DNA of 32,000 nucleotides from Moraxella nasovis (GTDB lineage: Bacteria; Pseudomonadota; Gammaproteobacteria; Pseudomonadales; Moraxellaceae): NCBI RefSeq assembly GCF_022701215.1, contig NZ_CP089976.1, forward strand, positions 750,001 through 782,000. The letters are read 5' to 3'. Shown here piece by piece: positions 25,234 through 32,000 of this stretch. The position numbers and the translations under genes are program-made. Positions within the stretch are counted from its first letter, which is position 1, and every line of letters starts with the position of its first letter. A model generated the notes under the pieces. The model was not told the origin of the DNA and did not search any database. It worked only from the letters and a program-made list of their open reading frames with translations.

Positions 25234-25623
25234 CTACTTATGGGCGACTGGGTATCCTTTTTCCGCCAAATCATTAAAAGCACCGTGGTTCACCACATTG
25301 GTATAGCCAAGCTGTGTCAAGATGCCACGAGCAGCTTCAGCACGGCGACCACTGCGACAATACAGATTAACTTGAGCGTCTTTATTGGGCTGAACGGTGT
25401 GTATTTGGTCAGCAATATCCTCTACTGTGATGTTTGTCGCCCCTTGTAAATGCCCTTCCGCATACTCTTGTGGGCTGCGTACATCAATCCATGTGCCTTT
25501 GATTTTAGGTGTTACTGCTTGTGCTTGGATGACTGGTGCTGATGTATCAGTCACCTTAACTGGCACTGAGTTACTGCAAGCTACAAGTGCCACACTTGCT
25601 GCCATAATGGCGATTAATCTCAT
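25234..25623 (-). CDS. Rhodanese-domain sulfurtransferase, predicted lipoprotein (PspE-like)
   Basis: Lipobox in MRLIAIMAASVALVAC, rhodanese core IDVRSPQEYAEGHLQGA, and active-site loop YCRSGRRA. An AAGGAG SD lies upstream. Confidence 0.88.
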   Translation of the reverse strand: MRLIAIMAASVALVACSNSVPVKVTDTSAPVIQAQAVTPKIKGTWIDVRSPQEYAEGHLQGATNITVEDIADQIHTVQPNKDAQVNLYCRSGRRAEAARGILTQLGYTNVVNHGAFNDLAEKGYPVAHK

Positions 25624-25774
25624 CGCTAACTCCTTAAATTAAAATCTGCATGGTATTATTGCATAACACCGTATGTATTTCAAGCAAAGCATGAGTGGCT
25701 TTGGTGACTAATAGACCGCCATCACCTTACCACACTATGACATCGGCGATTAGCCAAAATCATCATTTTATTCA

Positions 25775-26677
25775 TTAAGCACTGGTGCATTGTGCCAGTC
25801 TAGCCTTAGTAAACAGCGATCCATTATCCCGATTTAACTTTTTACTAATCATTTGGCTAACCTTCATCAGCTGATCAATATCGATACCTGTCTGAAACCC
25901 CATTCCAGTTAGTAAATAGTGCAAATCTTCGGTAGCGACATTGCCAGACGCCCCTTTAGCATAAGGGCAGCCGCCCAATCCTGACACAGATGAATCAAAG
26001 ATTCGTATACCTTGTTCAAGCGATGCATAAACATTTGCAATCGCCATGCCATAAGTATTATGAAAATGCCCTGCAAGTACATGCTTATCAAGCTCATCAA
26101 GACAAGCCTGCCATGCAAGTTTGACACGGTTTGGGGTTGCTGTACCAATGGTCTCTCCCAAAGAAATCTCATCACAACCCAAATCATACAGACGACGCGC
26201 CACGTGAGCAACTTGACTTGGCGACACCGCACCCTCATAAGGACAATCCACCATGCACGACACATAGCCACGCACACGCACATCATGATCTTTAGCAAGA
26301 GCAATAATATCTGCAAAGCGTGCCAAACTCTCATCAATCGTACAATTAATGTTATGCTGGGTAAAACTGTCAGTAGCCGCAGTAAAAACCGCCACATCCT
26401 TACATCCAACTGCTAACGCATCTTGTAACCCCCTAAGGTTTGGGGTAAGTAAGCTTAACTGCGTCTTAGATTGTTTTGGCAACTTTGAAAATACCTTGGT
26501 ACTACCCGCCATTTGTGGCACCCACTTTGGTGATACACATGAACCTACTTCAATATACACTAAGTTTGCCGCCATCAGACCTGTGATTAATGCCAATTTA
26601 TCATCGACACTTAGGGGCGTCTTTTCGTTTTGTAAACCATCTCTTGCCCCTACTTCTACAATCTTAACATTCGTCAT
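25775..26677 (-). CDS. liuE: Hydroxymethylglutaryl-CoA lyase
   Basis: VKIVEVGARDGLQNE and GLGGCPYAKGASGNVATEDL signatures. It starts 9 nt downstream of liuD. Confidence 0.93.
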   Translation of the reverse strand: MTNVKIVEVGARDGLQNEKTPLSVDDKLALITGLMAANLVYIEVGSCVSPKWVPQMAGSTKVFSKLPKQSKTQLSLLTPNLRGLQDALAVGCKDVAVFTAATDSFTQHNINCTIDESLARFADIIALAKDHDVRVRGYVSCMVDCPYEGAVSPSQVAHVARRLYDLGCDEISLGETIGTATPNRVKLAWQACLDELDKHVLAGHFHNTYGMAIANVYASLEQGIRIFDSSVSGLGGCPYAKGASGNVATEDLHYLLTGMGFQTGIDIDQLMKVSQMISKKLNRDNGSLFTKARLAQCTSA

Positions 26678-26686
26678 ATATCACCC

Positions 26687-28678
26687 CTATTCGTTATTTT
26701 GGTCGTCTGCCACAAAATCAACCAGCTCATCGCCAGCCTTGACCTGCTCGCCCACTTCAAAATAACACGCTTGTACAACACCATCTTGTATCGCCTTAAT
26801 CGTATAGACAATCTTCATCGCCTCCATAGTCAGCAATACATCGTCTTTAGCAACACGCTGCCCTGCCGATACCAGTACAGACGTGATTATGCCGGGCATT
26901 GGTGCTTTTAACGAGCCATTATCCTCATCATGATTTTTACTATCATAAGTGGCAGGATACTCAAAAGATAACGAATAAGACCCATTAAACAAGGCAAAGC
27001 CCTGTGGGTGGCGATGAAAGGCAACCTTTGTGCGAATGCCATCTAAATGAATCGTTGCTTGACCTTCGCCATCAATCGAGCCGTTTATTATCAACTCATC
27101 ATCGGTATGATTAAGGCGAGCTATCCAGCCATCTGCTGTTTTGGTGAAACGGACATGGTATAACTCACCTTGAGATACAAGGCTGACATCTTGATAGGCT
27201 TGGGTGTTTTGTCGCCATGATGGCTGTGTGTGCCACAGTCCATTATGATGACTCATCTGGCTTAATAAATTGATGAATGCAGCCATGATTTGATACTTTT
27301 TATCCACTGCTGTTGATGGATTTAATAGCACATTTTCTTCTCGCCCAATTAAGTTAGTATCAAGCCTAGCTTGCCTAAAAGAATCCGTCTGTAATATTCT
27401 TGCCAAAAATGCAATGTTATTACCTAAGCCATCGACATGCGTTTGGTTTAATGCATAACGCAGTCTATCTATGGCTTCATCACGATGCTGACCCCAAACA
27501 ATCAGCTTTGCAATCATAGGATCATAATATGTGGTAATCTCATCGCCTAAGACTACGCCGCTATCTACTCGGATACAGTCGTTTTGCTTAGGATAAGTCA
27601 AATGACGAATGACTCCTGTGGCAGGCATATAACCTGCTTCAGGAATCTCAGCATAAATACGAGCCTCTAGTGCGTGTCCTTGACATATGATTTCATCTTG
27701 CGTTTTTGGCAATGGCTCACCAAAAGCCACACGCAGCTGCCATTCAACCAAGTCAAGCCCAGTGATCATCTCTGTTACAGGATGCTCCACTTGTAAGCGT
27801 GTATTCATTTCCATAAAATACGCTGTACCATCTTGCTCTACGATAAATTCTACCGTACCTGCCCCTTCATAATTCACTGCACGAGCAGCGTTAATGGCAG
27901 CATCTCGCATGACAAGCAGCTTATCTTTGGGAAGTAAAGGGGCAGGTGCTTCTTCGATTACTTTTTGGTGACGACGTTGTACTGAACAATCACGCTCAAA
28001 CATATGCACATAATTGCCAAACTTATCGCCAAAAATTTGCACCTCAACATGGCGTGGGTTAGTGACATACCGCTCAACTAAAACATCATCATTACCAAAG
28101 CTTGATAACGCTTCACGCTTACAAGAAGCAAGAGATGCTAGAAAATCTTTTGCGTCTTCCACAAGGCTCATGCCTTTACCACCGCCGCCTGCACTTGCTT
28201 TAATCAATACAGGATAGCCGATACGATCTGCTTGTTGCTTTAGGAAGTCTGACTCTTGGTTCTTGCCATGATAGCCTGGTGTCAATGGCACCCCCGCTTG
28301 CTCCATCAAAGATTTTGAAGTCGCCTTTAAACCCATTGCCAAGATTGCCTCCACAGGCGGTCCGATAAACACAATGTCATTATCTTGACAAGCCTTAGCA
28401 AAAGTGGCATTTTCAGATAAAAAACCATAACCGGGGTGAATGGCTTTAGCATTGGTCTTAAGAGCAGCTGCAATGATTTTATCCACCTGCAAATAGCTTA
28501 AGCTGGCAGGTGATTGACCAATAAACACCGCCTCATCAGCAAGCTTGACATGCTGGGCGTTAGCATCAGCATCTGAGTAAACAGCAACAGTCTGTATGCC
28601 AAGTTTTTTGGCGGTTCGTATCACACGGCAAGCAATCTCGCCACGATTGGCAATCAAGATCTTTTGAAACATCGTCAA
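26687..28678 (-). CDS. liuD: 3-methylcrotonyl-CoA carboxylase alpha (biotin carboxylase plus biotinyl carrier) subunit
   Basis: MFQKILIANRGEIACRVIRTAKKLGI marks the biotin carboxylase ATP-grasp domain. The C-terminal biotinylation motif is MEAMKI. The gene lies within the liu cluster. Confidence 0.92.
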   Translation of the reverse strand: MTMFQKILIANRGEIACRVIRTAKKLGIQTVAVYSDADANAQHVKLADEAVFIGQSPASLSYLQVDKIIAAALKTNAKAIHPGYGFLSENATFAKACQDNDIVFIGPPVEAILAMGLKATSKSLMEQAGVPLTPGYHGKNQESDFLKQQADRIGYPVLIKASAGGGGKGMSLVEDAKDFLASLASCKREALSSFGNDDVLVERYVTNPRHVEVQIFGDKFGNYVHMFERDCSVQRRHQKVIEEAPAPLLPKDKLLVMRDAAINAARAVNYEGAGTVEFIVEQDGTAYFMEMNTRLQVEHPVTEMITGLDLVEWQLRVAFGEPLPKTQDEIICQGHALEARIYAEIPEAGYMPATGVIRHLTYPKQNDCIRVDSGVVLGDEITTYYDPMIAKLIVWGQHRDEAIDRLRYALNQTHVDGLGNNIAFLARILQTDSFRQARLDTNLIGREENVLLNPSTAVDKKYQIMAAFINLLSQMSHHNGLWHTQPSWRQNTQAYQDVSLVSQGELYHVRFTKTADGWIARLNHTDDELIINGSIDGEGQATIHLDGIRTKVAFHRHPQGFALFNGSYSLSFEYPATYDSKNHDEDNGSLKAPMPGIITSVLVSAGQRVAKDDVLLTMEAMKIVYTIKAIQDGVVQACYFEVGEQVKAGDELVDFVADDQNNE

Positions 28679-28762
28679 TTCCTTTGTTATCGGTTATCAT
28701 CATGTCGTTGATAGTACGTTACATCAGCGTATTCTTGTGGTGATAGCATAATACCCACTTTA

Positions 28763-29560
28763 TCAATCTATCACCCAAGGCGGTGTTTGCTTGGATAAAA
28801 ATGCCTGTAATCCTGCTTTAGCTTCATCGCCCGTTCTTAGTGCTGCAATGTGCATTGCGGTCTTATCAAGCATCTGATTATTTGGCAAATCATGTGCCAC
28901 CATGTTAATTAATACTTTTGATTGGGCTTGGGCTTTAGGCGCTCCTTTTAAAATCTCGGCGATAAGATGATCAATCGTCTCATCTAATGCTACTTCGTCA
29001 TCAACTACTTCATGTACAAGTCCAATACGCCAAGCAACGTCAGCTGTAATCCGCTCAGCAGTTAAAAAATAACGACTCGCTTGCCTAGTGCCAATCGCCC
29101 GAATGACATAAGGACTGATGGTAGAAGGAGCAAGCCCTAAACGCACTTCTGATGTTGCAAAGATTGCACGAGTGGTCGCCACACACATATCACATGCACT
29201 CGCCAGCCCCATACCACCGCCTAATGCTGCACCTTGAACTCGTGCAATGGTCGGCTGTCTTAATGTTGCAAGTCTGTTTAGCATTGCTGCTAAGCATAAA
29301 GCATCGGCATGATTATCATCCATACTTGCCTCGCCTGCTTTTTTCATCCAGCTGGCATCTGCCCCTGCCGAAAAGCTTTTGCCACGACCGCCAAGCACCA
29401 CCACCCGGATGTCTTGACTTTCATTAATCATCTCAAAACAGTCATGCAGCTCGCGGATAACCACCGCATTAAATGCATTATGCACTTCTGGTCGATTCAC
29501 CCACACACGAGCTACTGCACCCTTTATCACACACTGTATAAAGTTAAATTGACGCCCCAT
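28763..29560 (-). CDS. liuC: Crotonase-family enoyl-CoA hydratase, probably methylglutaconyl-CoA hydratase
   Basis: GKSFSAGADASWM and GAALGGGMGLASACDMCVAT crotonase motifs. I moved the start to the ATG at 29560 (MGRQFNF...), preceded by AAGGAGA. Confidence 0.85.
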   Translation of the reverse strand: MGRQFNFIQCVIKGAVARVWVNRPEVHNAFNAVVIRELHDCFEMINESQDIRVVVLGGRGKSFSAGADASWMKKAGEASMDDNHADALCLAAMLNRLATLRQPTIARVQGAALGGGMGLASACDMCVATTRAIFATSEVRLGLAPSTISPYVIRAIGTRQASRYFLTAERITADVAWRIGLVHEVVDDEVALDETIDHLIAEILKGAPKAQAQSKVLINMVAHDLPNNQMLDKTAMHIAALRTGDEAKAGLQAFLSKQTPPWVID

Positions 29561-29615
29561 TTCATCTCCTTGATTATCCATCATTTTAGTTGTTAGCATT
29601 ATAAGTCGTAAAAAC

Positions 29616-30431
29616 TCACAGTTTTCTAACAGTTAAAATCTGCTCACTATGCCCAAACACACCTTGCTTGTCATGTAGCACGCTACTTGTCAGACCCACG
29701 CCATCATTGCCAATTTGTTGCATGGTTTCAAGACCAAGCCACGACCCTATAGGTAGGCGTAATAGGTGGATTTGTAAATCTATATTTGGGAATATCCACC
29801 GAATACCATCTGGCTGATGAATACGAGGCACAATGCCATTAGCAACATCTACCATACCCATGATACGTACAAAATCAGAGGTCGGCAAGGCATCATTATT
29901 ATGATAAATCATCGGTAAATCCGTATTAATCCAGACTACCCCTCGTCCTTGACGATTGCTTAGGTCAGCTTTAGCACGAATGCTTTGGATATAGCCACCA
30001 CCCCAATGACTTAGACCGTCCCAATCAGGCAGAGTATCGGGTGCTACTATGTCTTGGTTTTCAAGACCTGCGATGGCTGTGGTATCACTTATCTGAAGTC
30101 GCCATGCTCTTGCCACAATACAAACCTTGTCGCAAGCTATCATCACCGCTTCAATCAGCTCAATGGTACGCCCTGCACGAATTAGCTTAGTATGAATACA
30201 AAACTCACCAAAATGAATCAAGCCCAAAATGTCTAGGCTAATCCTTGCAATACGCATATCATCTCGGGACATAAACGTCTCAAGTTCGGCACACAGCACG
30301 CCTGTGGCAGGGGCCATATGCTGCTCATGGGGATTCCACGCCCCTTGAGCATGTTTATTGCTTTGGTAGTATGCAATCACACCGCCATCAGTCTGATTAC
30401 GAGATTTTAGCGTGTAATAACTATCCGTCAT
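29616..30431 (-). CDS. Thioesterase-like (TesB-like double hot-dog, 4HBT_3-type) protein inserted in the liu cluster
   Basis: 271 aa. AQGAWNPHEQHMAPATGVLCAEL...RISLDILGLIHFGEFCIHTKLIRAGRTIELIEAVM... and the C-terminal half IDLQIHLLRLPIGSWLGLE...GVGLTSSVLHDKQGVFGHSEQ fit the acyl-CoA thioesterase-like fold pattern. The call rests on my memory of the family consensus. Confidence 0.6.
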   Translation of the reverse strand: MTDSYYTLKSRNQTDGGVIAYYQSNKHAQGAWNPHEQHMAPATGVLCAELETFMSRDDMRIARISLDILGLIHFGEFCIHTKLIRAGRTIELIEAVMIACDKVCIVARAWRLQISDTTAIAGLENQDIVAPDTLPDWDGLSHWGGGYIQSIRAKADLSNRQGRGVVWINTDLPMIYHNNDALPTSDFVRIMGMVDVANGIVPRIHQPDGIRWIFPNIDLQIHLLRLPIGSWLGLETMQQIGNDGVGLTSSVLHDKQGVFGHSEQILTVRKL

Positions 30432-30508
30432 AAAATATCTTTAATTAAGTCAATATTATGTCATCAGCACCAATTTAAGCCCTATATAAATAGGCTTTAT
30501 GGGCTAGC

Positions 30509-32000
30509 CTACATTCTAAACACACCAAAACCCATCTCATCTATCGGTGCATTCATGGCGACAGCCAAGCTTAATCCCAGCACATGGCGACTATCAGCAG
30601 GGTCAATCACCCCATCGTCCCACAGTCTTGCTGATGCATAATAAGGATGTCCTTGACGTTCATACTGAGCCTGAATAGGTGCTTTAAATTGTGCCTCTTC
30701 TTGGCTTGTCCATGTTTTATTTTGCTTTGCTAATTGATCTTTTTTAAGCGTTGCAAGGACGCTTGCTGCCTGTTCACCACCCATCACTGAAATGCGAGCA
30801 TTTGGCCAAGTCCACATAAAGCGTGGCGAATACGCCCGCCCACACATACCGTAATTACCTGCACCGAACGAGCCGCCAATCACCAAGGTAATTTTTGGCA
30901 CGTTGGCAGTTGCCACCGCCATCACAAGTTTTGCCCCATGCTTGGCGATTCCCTCATTTTCATACTGCCGACCCACCATAAACCCTGTGATATTTTGTAA
31001 AAATATCAAGGGGATTTTACGCTGACAACACAGTTCAATAAAATGCGTCCCTTTTTGGGCAGATTCGGAAAATAAAATACCGTTATTAGCAATAATACCA
31101 ACTGGCATGCCATAAATTTTGGCAAACCCTGTCACAAGCGTGGTGGCAAAACGTGCCTTAAACTCATCAAAGCAAGAACCATCTACCAATCGCATGATAA
31201 CTTCACGCACATCAAATGGTGTCTTACTTTGAGCCGGCACGATGCCGTATAATTCTTTGGCGTCATAAACAGGTTCAGTAAATTTAGTTGGCAATGCTTG
31301 CTTGGGATAATTAAGGTTGGCGATAATCTGACGTGCCATTAGTAATGCATGCTCATCATTTTCTGCCAAATAATCTGCCACGCCAGATAAACGAGTATGC
31401 ACATCGCCGCCGCCTAGGTCTTCTGCACTCACAATCTCGCCTGTCGCCGCCTTAACCAGCGGTGGTCCTCCCAAAAAAATTGTCCCTTGGTTACGCACGA
31501 TGATTGTTTCATCACTCATGGCAGGCACATATGCCCCACCAGCTGTACAGCTACCCATAACTACTGCAATCTGCGGTATACCCAGCTTAGACATGGTGGC
31601 TTGATTATAAAAAATCCGCCCAAAATGCTCTTTATCAGGAAATACTTCATCTTGAAGTGGCAAATACGCACCGCCAGAATCCACCAAGTAAATACAAGGC
31701 AGGCGGTTTTCTTTGGCAATTTCTTGGGCTCTTAGATGCTTTTTTACTGTCAAAGGATAATAAGCACCGCCCTTTACAGTAGCATCGTTCGCCACAATCA
31801 TGCAGCTAACCCCCTGCACCTGACCCACGCCTGCAACCACACCTGCACATGGCACATCATCATCATAAACTTGATAAGCTGCCAGTTGACCAATCTCTAA
31901 AAAAGCTGACCCCGTGTCAAGTAAGGCATTAATCCTGTCTCGTGCAAGTAGCTTTCCTCGTGCTGTGTGCTTATCACGAGATGCTTGGCTGCCACCTAAA
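30509..32000 (-). CDS. liuB: 3-methylcrotonyl-CoA carboxylase beta (carboxyltransferase) subunit, 5' end outside the window
   Basis: The carboxyltransferase sequence runs throughout. The track's start at 31855 is an internal GTG. By hand translation the frame stays open to the right edge (...[52 protein letters not shown]...). Confidence 0.93.
   Translation of the reverse strand, partial: LGGSQASRDKHTARGKLLARDRINALLDTGSAFLEIGQLAAYQVYDDDVPCAGVVAGVGQVQGVSCMIVANDATVKGGAYYPLTVKKHLRAQEIAKENRLPCIYLVDSGGAYLPLQDEVFPDKEHFGRIFYNQATMSKLGIPQIAVVMGSCTAGGAYVPAMSDETIIVRNQGTIFLGGPPLVKAATGEIVSAEDLGGGDVHTRLSGVADYLAENDEHALLMARQIIANLNYPKQALPTKFTEPVYDAKELYGIVPAQSKTPFDVREVIMRLVDGSCFDEFKARFATTLVTGFAKIYGMPVGIIANNGILFSESAQKGTHFIELCCQRKIPLIFLQNITGFMVGRQYENEGIAKHGAKLVMAVATANVPKITLVIGGSFGAGNYGMCGRAYSPRFMWTWPNARISVMGGEQAASVLATLKKDQLAKQNKTWTSQEEAQFKAPIQAQYERQGHPYYASARLWDDGVIDPADSRHVLGLSLAVAMNAPIDEMGFGVFRM

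Noticed and set aside
1-32000. I looked for a defence island, toxin-antitoxin pair, prophage, IS or transposon, integron, CRISPR array, and tRNA or rRNA genes.
   Set aside because: No transposase, integrase or recombinase-like ORF appears in any frame. There are no regularly spaced repeats and no tRNA-like T-arm motifs. Every large ORF has a confident housekeeping or metabolic assignment. The window looks like core chromosome.

Overview
This window reads as ordinary core chromosome from an AT-rich gammaproteobacterium. The EF-Tu, EF-G and EptA sequences and the codon usage look most like Moraxellaceae (Moraxella/Psychrobacter type), but I cannot confirm the taxon without a search. I see no IS or transposase, integrase, phage genes, CRISPR array, tRNA or rRNA gene, and no recognisable defence or toxin system. 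I do not think a multi-gene novel system is present.

Gene order, left to right:
- an unlisted minus-strand ORF truncated by the left edge, carrying a 4 x 15-bp tandem repeat
- a zinc-ribbon NUDIX hydrolase
- an oligopeptidase-A-like M3 peptidase with a twin-arginine signal
- the str operon on the minus strand (rpsL-rpsG-fusA-tuf)
- a 640-aa protein that fuses about 26 eleven-residue LEA/apolipoprotein-like repeats to an EcsC-like domain
- fabB and pabB
- a 600-aa M24 Xaa-Pro aminopeptidase
- a chromosomal EptA/MCR-family phosphoethanolamine transferase followed by pgsA
- nadR-pnuC, overlapping by 4 nt
- a small PspC-domain protein
- glyQ, an embedded AT-rich GNAT gene, then glyS
- an AT-rich orphan lipoprotein-like gene
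- a 2 x PepSY secreted protein
- a rhodanese lipoprotein
- a leucine-catabolic liu cluster (liuB partial, thioesterase-like gene, liuC, liuD, liuE)

The items most worth a second look are single-gene oddities:
- the LEA-repeat/EcsC fusion protein
- the GNAT wedged into the glyQS operon
- a T10 homopolymer inside the promoter spacer of the AT-rich orphan gene, a candidate phase-variation switch
- the intrinsic eptA-like gene
- the thioesterase inserted in the liu cluster
- the unusually long, structured spacers in the str operon

Several ORF-track starts were shortened to starts supported by a Shine-Dalgarno sequence and by homology.
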